From contig CAWFDF010000014.1 in the NCBI GenBank assembly GCA_963814585.1, forward strand, positions 513,074 to 577,073: a stretch of 64,000 nt of DNA, read 5' to 3'. The notes below the pieces were generated by a model. The model saw only the letters and a list, made by a program, of their open reading frames with translations, was not told the origin of the DNA and made no database searches. Position numbers and translations under genes: made by a program. This document shows positions 1 to 12,171 of the stretch, piece by piece; the first letter of the stretch is position 1; the number at the start of each line of letters is the position of its first letter. Origin of the DNA: an uncultured delta proteobacterium. Lineage in GTDB: Bacteria; Myxococcota; Myxococcia; Myxococcales; Anaeromyxobacteraceae.

Positions 1-400
1 GATCTCCGGGTTGAAGGAGACCGACTTCACCGCGAACTTCGCCTTGACGGCGTCCTCCACCCGCTTGACGTCCTCGGCGCCCATCAGGGCGATGCGGCCG
101 ACGCGGATGAGGAAGGTGTTGTCCGACTCCGGCCCGTAGGTCTGGACCGAGGCGTCCTTGAAGCCCTGCTCCTCGACGCTGCGGCGGATGGCGCCCGGAT
201 CGACGGGCTGGGCGAACTTCACCTCCATCTCGGTGCCGCCGGCGAAGTCGACGCCGAAGTTGAGCCCGTGGACGGCCGGGAGCGACCAGCGCGATCACCG
301 CCAGGTTGGCGATCAGCGACAGCACCACCGCGATGCGGCGCTTGCCGACGAAGTCGAAGGTGGTCCCGTGGGGGAGGATGTCGAAGGTCTTGAATTGCAT
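1..400 (-). CDS. secF: Protein translocase subunit SecF, 5' part (runs off window; +1 indel near 290)
   Basis: Manual translation MQFKTFDILPHGTTFDFVGKRR...(shift)...GLNFGVDFAGGTEMEV, the SecF GxDFxGG motif; directly downstream of secD. Confidence 0.9.
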   Translation of the reverse strand, partial: MQFKTFDILPHGTTFDFVGKRRIAVVLSLIANLAVIALVAPGRPRAQLRRRLRRRHRDGGEVRPARRSGRHPPQRRGAGLQGRLGPDLRAGVGQHLPHPRRPHRPDGRRGRQAGGGRRQGEVRGEVGLLQPGD

Positions 401-404
401 CGCG

Positions 405-2237
405 CTACACCGAGAGGCGCGCCGTGTCGTGGCGCGTCAGGTATTCCATGATGGCGCGGGTGACCACGATGGAGGTGAACATCGAGGCGATCAGGCCGAT
501 GGTGAGGGTCACCGCGAAGCCGCGGACCGGGCCCGAGCCGTACTGCATGAGCACGAAGGCCGCGACCAGCGCCGTGACGTGCGAGTCGACGATGGTCCAG
601 AAGACCCGGTCGTAGCCCTGCTGGACCGACTGCTTGACGGTCCGTCCGGCGCGCATCTCCTCGCGGATGCGCTCGTTGATGAGGACGTTGGCGTCCACCG
701 CCATGCCCAGCGTCAGCACGAAGCCGGCGATGCCGGGCAGCGTGAGCGTGGTGCCGATCATCGACATGACGGCGAGCACCAGCAGGCCGTTGAGCGCCAG
801 GGCGATGTCGGCCACCAGGCCGGAGAGCCGGTAGTAGGCGGCCATGAAGACCAGCACCAGGGCCACGCCGACCAGCGCCGCCAGGGTGCCCTTCTTCACC
901 AGCTCGGGACCGAGGGTGGCGCCCACGGTCCGCTCCTCGAAGATGGTGACCGGCGCCGGCAGCGCGCCCGCCTTGAGGACCAGGGCGATGGCGTTGGCCT
1001 CCTCGAACTGCTCCTGGTAGCTGCGTCCCGAGCCGAGGGTGATCTGGCCGCTGTTGGAGATGCGCCCCTGGATGTACGGGGCCGTCTCGACCTTGTCGTC
1101 GAGCACGGTGGCCATGCGCCGCTGCAGGTTGTCGGTGGTGAGCTTCTCCATCAGCCGCGCGCCGTCCGGCGACATGGTGAAGCTGACCACCGGCTTGCCG
1201 CCGCCGGGCGCGCTGTTGTCGATCGAGGCGCGGGCGTCGGCGATGTAGTCGCCGGTCATCTCGGTCTTGGCCCGCATCAGGAACGTCCGGTAGTAGGTCT
1301 GGCGGCCCATGTCCCGCCCCACCACCACCTCGCCGATGCCGATGGAGTTCTTGCCGGCCTCGATGAGCGGGGCGAGCTTGCTGGCGATGACCGCCTCGAG
1401 CTCGGCGCGCTTGCCGGCCGCCACCAGCGTGGCCTGGCGCTGGCCGCCGTTGGGCAGCTCCAGGCTCTCGACCGTCCAGCAGCCGCCCTCGGGGAGCGGG
1501 AAGGTCATGCCATCGCGGCTGGACGGGCAGACCGGGAGCTGCGCCTGGACGGCGTCGAGCGCCGTGTTCTCGTCGTCGCAGATCTTGAACTCGAGCTGCG
1601 CGGTGCGGCCGAGCAGGTCCTTGGCCTTCTCCGGGTCCTTGAAGCCGGGCAGCTGGATCTGGATCTGGTTGTTGGCCTTGCGCTTGATGTCGGGCTCGCT
1701 GACGCCCCACTTGTCGACGCGGTTGCGGATGGTCTTCTCCGCCTGCTCGACGGCCTTGGCCTTGAACTCGCGCAGGACCTGGTCCTTGAAGGCGAAGAGG
1801 ACCTGGCCCGCGGCGGCGCCGCCCGGCGAGTAGATCTCGGCGTCGTAGAAGTCGAGCGTCACCTTCTCGGCGTCGGCGGTCGCGGCGGTGGTCACCACGA
1901 TGCGCAGCCCGGTGGCGTCCGGGGCCGCCGAGGTGAAGGGCACCGCCTTCTCCTTCAGGTGGTCGGCGATCTCGTCGGCGCGCCGCGCCACCTTGGCCTT
2001 CACGGCCCGGTCGACGTCGACGCCCAGGGCGAGGTGGATGCCGCCCTGCAGGTCGAGGCCGAGGTTGAGGTGCTTCCTCGCGTCCGGGGCCCAGCCCGGC
2101 ACCGACCTGTCATAGGCCTCGCCGCCCCGCTCCTCGGGCGAGAGCTTGAAATAGTGGAAGCTGGGGACCAGCTGCCAGACCGACCAGATCGCCACCACCG
2201 CGATCAGCGCGACGCGGGTGTACCAGGCGCGTTCCAT
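405..2237 (-). CDS. secD: Protein translocase subunit SecD
   Basis: LNLGLDLQGG, IRNRVDKWGVSEP, VGATLG, GMAVDANVLINERIREE motifs. Confidence 0.97.
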   Translation of the reverse strand: MERAWYTRVALIAVVAIWSVWQLVPSFHYFKLSPEERGGEAYDRSVPGWAPDARKHLNLGLDLQGGIHLALGVDVDRAVKAKVARRADEIADHLKEKAVPFTSAAPDATGLRIVVTTAATADAEKVTLDFYDAEIYSPGGAAAGQVLFAFKDQVLREFKAKAVEQAEKTIRNRVDKWGVSEPDIKRKANNQIQIQLPGFKDPEKAKDLLGRTAQLEFKICDDENTALDAVQAQLPVCPSSRDGMTFPLPEGGCWTVESLELPNGGQRQATLVAAGKRAELEAVIASKLAPLIEAGKNSIGIGEVVVGRDMGRQTYYRTFLMRAKTEMTGDYIADARASIDNSAPGGGKPVVSFTMSPDGARLMEKLTTDNLQRRMATVLDDKVETAPYIQGRISNSGQITLGSGRSYQEQFEEANAIALVLKAGALPAPVTIFEERTVGATLGPELVKKGTLAALVGVALVLVFMAAYYRLSGLVADIALALNGLLVLAVMSMIGTTLTLPGIAGFVLTLGMAVDANVLINERIREEMRAGRTVKQSVQQGYDRVFWTIVDSHVTALVAAFVLMQYGSGPVRGFAVTLTIGLIASMFTSIVVTRAIMEYLTRHDTARLSV

Positions 2238-2585
2238 CTACTTCTTCTCGGGCCTGGCGGGCGCAGTGACCGGCCTCTCCACCCACGGGCCGATGACGTT
2301 CACCTTGATGACGCGGACCTTGGTGCCGGCGCCCACGTCGAGGATCACGGTCCGGTCCTCGACCTGGTGGACGGTGCCGATCAGGCCGCCCTGGGTGACC
2401 ACCTCGTCGCCCTTCTTCAGCTCGGAGATGAGCTTCTTGTGCTCCCGGGCCTGCTTCTGCTGGGGCCGGATCATGAGGAAGTAGAAGACGAGGCCCATGA
2501 GGCCGAGCGGGACCAGCATGCTGGTCAGGCTCTGGGTCTGCCCCTCGGCGGTCTGGGCGAGGAAGGCGTGGAGGACGGAAGGCAT
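2238..2585 (-). CDS. yajC: Preprotein translocase subunit YajC
   Basis: FYFLMIRPQQK...LKKGDEVVTQGGLIG; tgt-yajC-secD-secF order. Confidence 0.97.
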   Translation of the reverse strand: MPSVLHAFLAQTAEGQTQSLTSMLVPLGLMGLVFYFLMIRPQQKQAREHKKLISELKKGDEVVTQGGLIGTVHQVEDRTVILDVGAGTKVRVIKVNVIGPWVERPVTAPARPEKK

Positions 2586-2659
2586 GGCTGCTCCGGGAGG
2601 TGTGTGAAAAGGCGCCGATTTCTAACAGCAATCTCCCACCGAGGGCAACCGCTAACAGG

Positions 2660-3887
<1,228 letters not shown>

Positions 3888-3919
3888 GCCCGCGGTTTCC
3901 CCCGGCGCGGGGGGGCCCG

Positions 3920-4540
3920 TCAAGCCGGCCGGGCGCCCGAGCGGGCCACGTCGGTCACCATCGACTTCCAGAAGCGACCGGCCCGACCGGCCGCGTGGAC
4001 GCGCAGTCCGACCGTCCGCTCCTCCGCGCCGGTCTCCTGGGTCCAGCAGACCACGGCCTCGGCCCGCGGGGCGAAGAACCCGCTCCCCAGCCGCACCAGC
4101 AGCACCTCGCCGACCAGCGGCACCTTCACCGGCCAGCGCGCCGAGCAGCCTCCCTCGGCGACGTTCACCGTGGCCAGCGCGAGCCGGTCGGTGCCCCGGA
4201 CCACGTCGAAGGTCCGCTCGGCGCCGAAGCGCGGCGCCCGCTCCTTGAAGTTGACCGGTTCGCCTCGCGCCGCCATGGCCAGGAAGCCCGCGGCCGGGAT
4301 GCTCCCGGCGTCGAGACGGAGCTCGATGCCCGGCGGGATCGACGGCCGCCCGATGCGCCGGACGCCCGTGACCCTGCCGAAGACGGTGGCGCGGATGGTC
4401 TGGCCGAGCACGCCGATCCGCGCCGCCACCTCGTCGCCGACCCGCGCCTCGGAGAGGGTCGGCAGGAAGATCGCGCCCGACTCGGGACGCCATCCCGACA
4501 GGAACTGGCTCGGCTCGAGGTTGACCGAAACGCTGTGCAC
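3920..4540 (-). CDS. PilZ-domain protein
   Basis: ERAPRF followed by NVAEGG and a beta-rich ...AVVCW...VGLRV end, typical of PilZ; RxxxR motif degenerate. Confidence 0.65.
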   Translation of the reverse strand: MHSVSVNLEPSQFLSGWRPESGAIFLPTLSEARVGDEVAARIGVLGQTIRATVFGRVTGVRRIGRPSIPPGIELRLDAGSIPAAGFLAMAARGEPVNFKERAPRFGAERTFDVVRGTDRLALATVNVAEGGCSARWPVKVPLVGEVLLVRLGSGFFAPRAEAVVCWTQETGAEERTVGLRVHAAGRAGRFWKSMVTDVARSGARPA

Positions 4541-4570
4541 CGCTGGACTCCCTTCCCCGCACCTGGCCGG

Positions 4571-5629
4571 TCAGTCGCCGTAGGCCTCACCCGCCCACCG
4601 CTCGACCAGCATGGCGTCCCCGTAGCTGAAGAAACGATACTCCCGAAGCACCGCCTCGCGGTAGGCCGCCAGCACCCGGTCGCGGCCCCCGAACGCGCAG
4701 ACCAGCACCAGCAGGGTAGTCCTCGGGAGGTGGAAGTTTGTGACAAGGAGGTCGGCGGCCTGGAAGCGGAACCCCGGCCGGATGAAGAGCGAGGTCCGCC
4801 CGGGGCCCGCCGACAGCCGCCCGCCGGTGAAGGCGCTCTCCAGCGTCCGGATGGCCGTGGTCCCGACCGCGACGACCCGCCCACCCCGGTCCCGGCAGGC
4901 CTGGAAGGCCCCGGCCGTCTCCTCCGGCACCTCGTAGCGCTCCTCGTGCATCCGGTGCGCGTCGAGCGACTCCCCGCGGAACGGCAGGAACGTCCCGGCG
5001 CCGACGTGGAGGGTCACCGCCGCGCGCTCGACGCCGCGGGCTTCCAGGGCTGCGAGCAGCGCCGGCGTGAAGTGGAGGCCGGCGGTGGGCGCAGCCGCGC
5101 TCCCCGGGCTCCTCGCGAAGATGGTCTGGTAGCGATCGGCGTCCTCGGCGCCGGCCTCGCGCCGGACGTAGGGCGGCAAGGGAACCCGGCCGACGCGCGC
5201 CAGCACCGCCTCCAGCTCGCGGCCCTCCCGGTCGAGCCGCACCTCGTAGAAGCCTTCGCCGAGCGACGCCTCCACCACCGCCGTGAGCTCGCCGAACTGG
5301 AGCTCGACCCCGGGCCTGAGCGCCTTGGACGCCTGCCCCATGGCGAGCCAGCGAGGCGCCAGCTCGCCCCCGAGCGGCTCGAGCAGGAGCAGCTCGGCCT
5401 TGCCGCCGGTCCCGGCCTTGTGCCCGACCAGGCGGGCCGGGATGACCCGCGTGTCGTTGAACACCACCAGGTCGCCGGCCCGGAGGAGCGAGGGCAGGTC
5501 GGAGAAGGTGCGGTGGTCGATGCCGCCCACCCGGGGGAGCACCAGGAGCCGGGAGGCATCCCGCGGCGTCACCGGCGCCTGCGCGATCAGCGGCTCGGGC
5601 AGCTCGAAGTCGAAATCGGAGACCCTCAT
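4571..5629 (-). CDS. queA: S-adenosylmethionine:tRNA ribosyltransferase-isomerase
   Basis: [58 protein letters not shown]. Confidence 0.98.
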   Translation of the reverse strand: MRVSDFDFELPEPLIAQAPVTPRDASRLLVLPRVGGIDHRTFSDLPSLLRAGDLVVFNDTRVIPARLVGHKAGTGGKAELLLLEPLGGELAPRWLAMGQASKALRPGVELQFGELTAVVEASLGEGFYEVRLDREGRELEAVLARVGRVPLPPYVRREAGAEDADRYQTIFARSPGSAAAPTAGLHFTPALLAALEARGVERAAVTLHVGAGTFLPFRGESLDAHRMHEERYEVPEETAGAFQACRDRGGRVVAVGTTAIRTLESAFTGGRLSAGPGRTSLFIRPGFRFQAADLLVTNFHLPRTTLLVLVCAFGGRDRVLAAYREAVLREYRFFSYGDAMLVERWAGEAYGD

Positions 5630-5672
5630 CGCGCGCCGGGGTGTAGCACGCCCGCGGGCGGCGGGCCGGCCA

Positions 5673-6774
5673 TCAGTAGAGCTTGATGAGCTCGGTCCCG
5701 GGGTAGTAGCGGCGCAGGATGTCGCGGTACCCCTTCCCCTCCCGGGCCAGGCCGGCCGCGCCCCACTGGCACAGCCCGGCCCCGTGTCCCTGGCCGCGGC
5801 CGCTGAAGGTGAACGCCCCCCCCTTCTCCTTCACCTGGAAGGCCAGCGACGGCAGCGTGCTCCAGCCGAGCCGCTGCCTCAGGTCGACCCCGTGTGAGCA
5901 CCAGCCTGGTCCCGCCCGCCAGCACCTCGACGCGCGACACCCGGCCCGACGCCGTCTGCTCCGTCACCTGCAGCGCCCTCACCGGGCCGGGCAGTCCCAG
6001 GGCCTTGCCCAGCTCGACGCCGGTCCGGGTGAGCGCCCAGCGGGCGCCGGGCGCCTCGTTGCAGTGGCCGCAGGGGACCGGGACCAGGTACGGCAGGTCC
6101 CGCCCGAGCGCATCGAGGCCGCGCTCGGTCTGGCCGCCGCAGCTGGAGTGGAAGAAGGCCTCGACCGGCTCGTTGCCCCGGACCAGCACCTCCCCGCGGG
6201 TGGCGTCGGCGGCGGCGCGGGCCGCGGAGCCGGGGGCGGCGCCGGCGTAGACCTGCGAGAGGACGTTGGCCCCCAGGTGGTACGACCGGCCGGCCACCTC
6301 GGCCTCGATCTTCCTCACCAGCGCGTAGGTGCGGGCCGCCACCGCCTGCGCCTTCTGCGCCTCGGCCGGGAAGCTGGACGGCAGCTCCCCGGAGAGCACG
6401 CCCGCCACGTAGGCGTCGAGCGGCAGCTCCTCGATGAGCCGGAGCGTCGCGCCGGTCCGCTCCACCACCGCCACGGTGGAGAGGACCCGGCCGCCCATCC
6501 GCAGCGGCCGGGTCGCCCCGATCACCGCGATGGGACCGGTCTCGACGGCTCCCACGCGCAGCCCGTCACCGCGGGCGACCACCTCGACGACGGCGCCCTC
6601 CAGTGGACGTGCCGGGAGCTCCTCCAGCCCCTCCTCGACCGGCTCGCGAACCGTGAGCTGCTCGCCCTGGAGCTTCACGGCGAGGAGGCCTTCGGCCACC
6701 ACCACGCGGATCAGCTCCTCGGCGCGGGCCGGGAGCGCGGCCAGCAGCAGCAGGGCGAGCAGGCGAGGTGGCAC
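5673..6774 (-). CDS. SpoIID/LytB domain protein (frameshift near 5893)
   Basis: Signal peptide; YVAGVLSGE, KAQAVAARTYA, FHSSCGG; second frame gives GRGQGHGAGLCQWGA...ILRRYYPGT. Confidence 0.9.
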
Positions 6775-6868
6775 CGCAGGATTCTCGCGGCGGCGAGCCC
6801 CCGCGTCCAGCGGACGTCCCTCGCCTCGTCGCGGTGGCCCGGCCCGCGGCGGCGGGGTATACGGACGC

Positions 6869-7510
6869 GTGGCCGCCATCCAGTGGATCATCGACCTGCT
6901 CCGGAACCCCGGCGACATCATCACCTGGGGCGGCTATCCGGCGCTCGCCGCCATCGTCTTCCTCGAGACCGGCGCCATGGTCTTCTTCCTCCCCGGCGAC
7001 TCGCTGCTGGTGATGGCGGGGCTCTATGCCGCCAAGGGCGACCTCGACATCCTGGTGCTCAACGGGCTGCTCATCCCGATGGCGATCGCCGGTGACGCCA
7101 CCTCCTACTGGATCGGCACCCGCACCGGGCCCCACCTCTTCAACCGGCCGCGCTCCCGGTTCTTCCGCCCCGAGTACGTCCTGGCGGCGCACCAGTTCTA
7201 CGAGCGGCACGGCGGCAAGGCCATCATCCTGGCCCGCTTCATGCCGCTGGTCCGCACCTTCGTCCCGGTGGTGGCCGGCGTCGCCGGCATGAGCTACCGG
7301 CGCTTCGCCGCCTTCAACGTCATCGGCGCCGCGGCCTGGGTCGCCTCGATGACGCTGATCGGCTTCGTGCTCGGCAGCCAGTTCCCGCTGCTGGTGCAGC
7401 ACATCGAGAAGGTGATCATCGCGGTGGTGCTGCTCTCGATCCTGCCTGGCCTCTTCGAGTGGCTCCGGGCGCGCCGCCGGACGGGCGGCGCGGGCAGCGA
7501 AGCGGACTAG
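6869..7510 (+). CDS. DedA/VTT family membrane protein
   Basis: FLETG..FLPGDSLL, AIAGD..SYWIG, ARFMPLVRTF. Confidence 0.95.
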   Translation: MAAIQWIIDLLRNPGDIITWGGYPALAAIVFLETGAMVFFLPGDSLLVMAGLYAAKGDLDILVLNGLLIPMAIAGDATSYWIGTRTGPHLFNRPRSRFFRPEYVLAAHQFYERHGGKAIILARFMPLVRTFVPVVAGVAGMSYRRFAAFNVIGAAAWVASMTLIGFVLGSQFPLLVQHIEKVIIAVVLLSILPGLFEWLRARRRTGGAGSEAD

Positions 7511-9591
7511 CGCCCCGACCCGGAGGCGCCCAGCTGCAGCGGGACGCGGATCCCGACCACGTCACCGTCGAAGGGCGGGAAGACCAGCCGGCCGGCCGCA
7601 CGGCGAAGGCAGGCTCCCAGCGGCGAGCTCTCGATGTCCGGATCCTCCACCTCCGAGGCCTCGACCGTTCCTGCCTGGCCGATGGCGACGAGGAGGGCGA
7701 TCTTCCTGCCCGACAGCGCCGCGCCCCCCGGCGCGGTGATCGCGACCTCGACGCACGAGTCGAAGGACGGCTTCCCTCGTGCGATGGCGGCGTGGACCGC
7801 GGAGGGCGCCAGCGTCCTGCCGGCCGGCCTGGCGACCGGCGGCTCGGGAACCGGCGTGGCCTGGGCCGGGGCGACCGGTGCCGGGGCGGCCTGAGCCGGG
7901 GCGCTGGCAGCCAGGGGTGGCACGACCGCTCCGCCGGGAGGCCTGGCAGCCTCAGCAGGTGGAGGTGGAGCTGCCCTGGCGGGCCCGGCCTTCATGGCAC
8001 CGGCCGCGGCACCGGTCGCCGGGGCGGCCGGTGCGGCGGCCACCGCCCTGGGCTTCTTCCTCTCGGCCTGCGGCGAGGCGGCGGGCTGGGCGTCGGCGAC
8101 CGCGGACGCCCGCTGCTCGGCAGGCTTCTCGGCGCCTGTCTTGCCTGCGCCTGCCAGGGGCGCCGGCGGGCCCGCCGGAGCCGCGGTCCGCCCGGCGGCC
8201 GGAGCCGGCGCCCCGGGGGCCGGAGCGGGCGCGGGAGGCGGCGGAGCGGGGCAGGAGCGGTACCAGTCGCCGCCACGGGCCTCTGCCCGGCCTGGGCCGT
8301 CGGCTGCGCGGGAGACGACGGGGCCGGTGCCCCGGCGACCGCCGGCCGGGTCGCGCCCTCGGTCGCGGCCCGGTCCGCCAGCATGCTTCGAGCGATCAGC
8401 CCCACGGCGACCAGCGCCACCAGCCCCGAGACCGCGACCACGCCCCAGACCACCCCGAGCCGAGCCCCGGTGGCCTTGGCCAGCGCCTGCATCAGCGTCG
8501 GCTCGGCGAACGAGGCGGGCTCGGCGGCCTTGGCCGGCCCCGGGGCCTGGGCCGCCGCGGCGACGGCCGGCGGCGGGAGTCGATGCTGCTCGGTGAACTG
8601 CAGGTCGATGTCGACCGCCTCCTGGGTCTCGCCGGCCTGCCTGGGCGGCCCGGCCGGGGGAGGCGCGGCCACCGCGAACGGATCGGGCTCGGCGCGCCCC
8701 TCGCCTGGAGCCGGCCAGGGGCCGATGCCCGCCGCCGGCGGGAGGATCGACATGGCGGGCCACTGCGGGGCAGTCCCGGCCGGGGACGCCAGGGGGAGCG
8801 ACCGCGGGACGGTCGTCGAGCTCGACCGGAGCGGATGGTCTGCGTCCCGGTGGCGGCGTCGGTGACGGTGCCGTGGCTGGCGGCTCCATCCAGGCCGGCC
8901 TGGAGGGCGCGGAGGTCTCCGGCCCGGGGAGTGGCGCGGCCCACGGCTCTGCTCGCGGCTGCAGCGGCTCCCGTGGTTCGGCGTCCCCGCCATGAGGCAT
9001 CGATCCAGCCCCCAGGCTGGACCAGGCCATCGGCGCGGGCGTGGCCCTTCCGCCTGTCGCGGTCCTGGAACTGGGGCGGGGACCGGCCGGATGCGGCACG
9101 GCCGGATGCGGTGGGGCCGGATGCGGTACGGCCGGTGCGGCCGGATGCGGTGCGGCCGGATGCGGTGCGGCCGGATGCGGTGCGGCCGGATGCGGTGCGG
9201 CCGGATGCGGTGCGGCCGGATGCGGTGCGGCCGGATGCGGTGCGGCCGGTTGCGGCACGGACGGAGGCGGTGCGGCCGGAACGGCTCCCTGAGGTCCCGC
9301 CGGATCCGACCGGGTGGCGGGCGGCGGCAGCGCCACGGGCCGGGTCGGCTCGATCGCCGGTCCCGGCCGGGCCGCGAGCGTGGTCCGTGTCGGGTTGGTC
9401 GCAGCCGGGAACGCGACGCTGGTCCTGTTCGGATTGTAAGGAATCGCCGACGGCGAGCGCGGAGGTCCCGAAGCCGGGATCTCGACGCGGATCTCGAATC
9501 CGCAGCTGCAGACGTGGCGATACACGCGACCGGGCTGCGGCTCTGCCGCGCTCATGTATCGCCTTCCGCATCTCTCACAGGCGAAGCGCAC
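7507..9591 (-). CDS. Zn-ribbon / Pro-rich linker / single TM / AgmX-GltJ-like C-terminal domain protein (internal frameshifts)
   Basis: N-term CERC..CSC; TM segment LGVVWGVVAVSGLVALVAVGLI in an alternate frame (7992..8993 ORF); C-term SFDSC...LGACL...FPPFDG..IRVPL resembles TonB-C/AgmX C-terminal domains. Confidence 0.6.
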   Translation of the reverse strand: MRFACERCGRRYMSAAEPQPGRVYRHVCSCGFEIRVEIPASGPPRSPSAIPYNPNRTSVAFPAATNPTRTTLAARPGPAIEPTRPVALPPPATRSDPAGPQGAVPAAPPPSVPQPAAPHPAAPHPAAPHPAAPHPAAPHPAAPHPAAPHPAAPAVPHPAPPHPAVPHPAGPRPSSRTATGGRATPAPMAWSSLGAGSMPHGGDAEPREPLQPRAEPWAAPLPGPETSAPSRPAWMEPPATAPSPTPPPGRRPSAPVELDDRPAVAPPGVPGRDCPAVARHVDPPAGGGHRPLAGSRRGARRARSVRGGRASPGRAAQAGRRDPGGGRHRPAVHRAASTPAAGRRRGGPGPGAGQGRRARLVRRADADAGAGQGHRGSARGGLGRGRGLGAGGAGRRGADRSKHAGGPGRDRGRDPAGGRRGTGPVVSRAADGPGRAEARGGDWYRSCPAPPPPAPAPAPGAPAPAAGRTAAPAGPPAPLAGAGKTGAEKPAEQRASAVADAQPAASPQAERKKPRAVAAAPAAPATGAAAGAMKAGPARAAPPPPAEAARPPGGAVVPPLAASAPAQAAPAPVAPAQATPVPEPPVARPAGRTLAPSAVHAAIARGKPSFDSCVEVAITAPGGAALSGRKIALLVAIGQAGTVEASEVEDPDIESSPLGACLRRAAGRLVFPPFDGDVVGIRVPLQLGASGSGR
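9085..9252. repeat. 15-bp coding tandem repeat (CCGGATGCGGTGCGG): 7 perfect copies plus degenerate copies, encoding (PHPAA)n
   Basis: Directly visible; perfect copies at about 9141-9245. Confidence 0.95.
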
Positions 9592-9624
9592 GGCGGGAGT
9601 CTACCCCAGGCCCGACCGAACCGG

Positions 9625-10831
9625 TCAGCTTCCAGGCCTGGCGACCGGATGACCCGACTCGTACCAGGCCCGCTCGTAGTCGCAGTGAACGTCCGACTCG
9701 GGCGGGTCCGGGTAGAAGACCGGGGCGCCGGCGTGGCTCATGAGCCAGGTGCCTCGCACCCCGTCCTCGAGCGCCTGACCGATCCCGGTGCCCGGCCCGC
9801 CCGCCACGTAGTCGGGCGCCAGGGTCACCTTGCCGCCGCCGTCGGGGAGATCGACCGCGAGGTGCGGAAGCGCCAGGCCGCTCACCTTCCCGCGCAGCTC
9901 CCGGAGCAGTGCGACGCCGGCCGAAAGCGGCGTGCGAAGGTGCGCGGTGCCGCCGACCAGATCTCCCTGGTGCAGGTAGAGGCTGCGGACCCGCGAGCGA
10001 GAGCAGGCCGGTGAAGAGGTCACCGAGGATGCGGGCGGAGGAGTTGAGCCCGCGGAGCAGCACGGCCTGGTTCTCGACCGGCACGCCCCCGTCCACGAGG
10101 CGCGCGCAGGCCTCGGCCGCCTCGGGCGTCAGCTCCTTGGGATGGTTGAAGTGGGTGATGACGAAGAGCGGGGCGTGGCGGCGGAGCAGCCTGACCAGGG
10201 CGTCGTCGACCCTCATGGGCAGGACCACCGGGGCGCGGGTGGCGAGCCGGATCACCTCGAGGTGCGGGACGGCCCGCAGCGGCGCGAGGACCGACTCCAG
10301 CCGCTCGTCGGAGAGGACGCCGGGATCCCCACCCGAGACGATCACCTCGCGCAGGCCCCGCTGCCCACGGATCCAGTCGATGCCCTCCTCCACGGCGGCG
10401 CGGTCGAATGCCCCCTCCTCGCCGCCGGTGATGCGGCGGCGAGTGCAGTGGCGGCAGTAGACCGGGCAGGTGTCGGTGACCAGCAGCAACGCTCGATCCG
10501 GGTACTTCCGCACCACGGCCCGCACCGCGCGGTGTCGCTCCTCGCCGGTGGGGTCGATCCGATCGCCGGCGGCCGCCTCGCCCTCGCCGCCGAGCGGGAT
10601 GGACTGCCGCCGAACCGGGCAGGCCGGGTGACCGGGATCCATGAGCGCCGCGTAGTACGGCGTGACGGCGGTGCGCAGGCCGCCGAGCGCCAGCCCTCGC
10701 CGCTCGTCGTCGGTGAGCGGCAGCAGCCGGCCCAGCTCGCCCTCGGTCCGCAGCGCGTGGCGCAGCTGCCAGCGCCAGTCGCGCCAGTCGGCCTCGCTCA
10801 CGCCGGGGAATCGTTCCTTCCAGGCCATCAT
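9625..10831 (-). CDS. KamA-family radical SAM protein (lysine 2,3-aminomutase-like), copy 1 (frameshift near 9995)
   Basis: WRDWRWQL, CPVYCRHC, SGGDP, THFNHPKE, NQAVLLRG; second frame YLHQGDL...DLPDGGGK (PLP lysine). Confidence 0.9.
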
Positions 10832-11002
10832 GGTGGGCCCGTCCCGGCCTTCCGGGACGCGGCGGCGCGGAAGCTAGTCCCCGCCCCTCGTGGAGTCAAA
10901 CGGCGCGGCCCGGGGCAGGCGCCCCGCCCGCGGACGTGGCAGACTCCCGCCCGGCCGCGAGGTCGTCGCGGCCCGCCCGGAAGCGGGCGAGGAGGTAGCG
11001 CC

Positions 11003-12160
11003 ATGGAGAATCCCCCCAGCAGGGCGGCGCCGGTCGGCCACGTCCGCTCCCGCTTCCCCAACGCCCCACGCTCCATCTGGAAGGGCGTCCCCGATGCCCA
11101 GTGGAACGACTGGCACTGGCAGCAGCGCGAGCGGATCACCACCCTCGACCAGCTCGACCGGGTCATCCAGCTCACCGACGACGAGCGGCGCGCCGTCCAG
11201 GAGGCCGACGCCCAGTTCCACATGGGCATCACCCCGTACTACGCCGCGCTCATGGACCCGCAGGACCCCACCTGCCCGGTTCGGCTCCAGTCGGTGCCGA
11301 CCATGGGCGAGCTCACCTACACCGCCGCCGACCTCGAGGACCCGCTCGCCGAGGAGCGGGACATGCCGGTCCCCGGCATCACCCACCGCTACCCGGACCG
11401 CGTGCTCTTCTACACCACGCACAACTGCCCGGTGTACTGCCGCCACTGCACCCGCAAGCGCAAGGTGGCGGACCCGAGCAGCGCCGCCGCCAAGACGCAG
11501 ATCGAGGACAGCCTCGCCTACATCGAGCACCACACCGAGATCCGCGACGTGGTCATCTCCGGCGGCGATCCGCTCTCGCTCTCCGACGAGCGGCTCGACT
11601 CCATCCTGGGGCGGCTGCGGGCCATCCCCCACGTCGAGATCTTCCGGCTGGGGACGCGCAACCTGGTGACGCTGCCGCAACGGATCACCGACGACCTGGT
11701 GCGCATGCTCCGCCAGCACCAGCCGGTCTACGTCAACACCCACTTCAACCACCCGCTGGAGTGCACCGGCGAGGCCTTCGACGCCGCCCGTCGGATGGCC
11801 GACGCGGGCTGCGTCATCGGCAACCAGATGGTGCTGCTCAAGGGCGTCAACGACGATCCGCGCACCGTCAAGGAGCTCAACCACAAGCTGCTGATGATGC
11901 GGATCCGCCCCTACTACATCTACCAGTGCGACCTGGCGCGGGGGATCAGCCACTTCCGGACGCCCATCGAGGCGGGGCGGCGCATCATCCGGTCGCTGCG
12001 CGGCCACACCAGCGGCATGGCCGTCCCCTACTTCGTGGTCGACGCGCCCAGCGGCGGCGGCAAGATCCCGGTCAACCCCGACTACGTGGTCCGCCACGAG
12101 GGGAAGCGCTGGGTGCTGCGCAACTTCGCCGGCAAGGAGTTCACCTACGACGAGCCCTGA
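11003..12160 (+). CDS. KamA-family radical SAM protein (lysine 2,3-aminomutase-like), copy 2
   Basis: GAGGAGG RBS; WNDWHWQ, THRYPDRV, CPVYCRHCTRKR, SGGDPL, RPYYIYQCD, DAPSGGGKIP. Confidence 0.93.
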   Translation: MENPPSRAAPVGHVRSRFPNAPRSIWKGVPDAQWNDWHWQQRERITTLDQLDRVIQLTDDERRAVQEADAQFHMGITPYYAALMDPQDPTCPVRLQSVPTMGELTYTAADLEDPLAEERDMPVPGITHRYPDRVLFYTTHNCPVYCRHCTRKRKVADPSSAAAKTQIEDSLAYIEHHTEIRDVVISGGDPLSLSDERLDSILGRLRAIPHVEIFRLGTRNLVTLPQRITDDLVRMLRQHQPVYVNTHFNHPLECTGEAFDAARRMADAGCVIGNQMVLLKGVNDDPRTVKELNHKLLMMRIRPYYIYQCDLARGISHFRTPIEAGRRIIRSLRGHTSGMAVPYFVVDAPSGGGKIPVNPDYVVRHEGKRWVLRNFAGKEFTYDEP

Positions 12161-12171
12161 GGGCCGGCGCC

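Noticed and set aside
9085..9252. CRISPR array
   Set aside because: 15-bp head-to-tail units with no spacers, in frame within a CDS; no cas genes.
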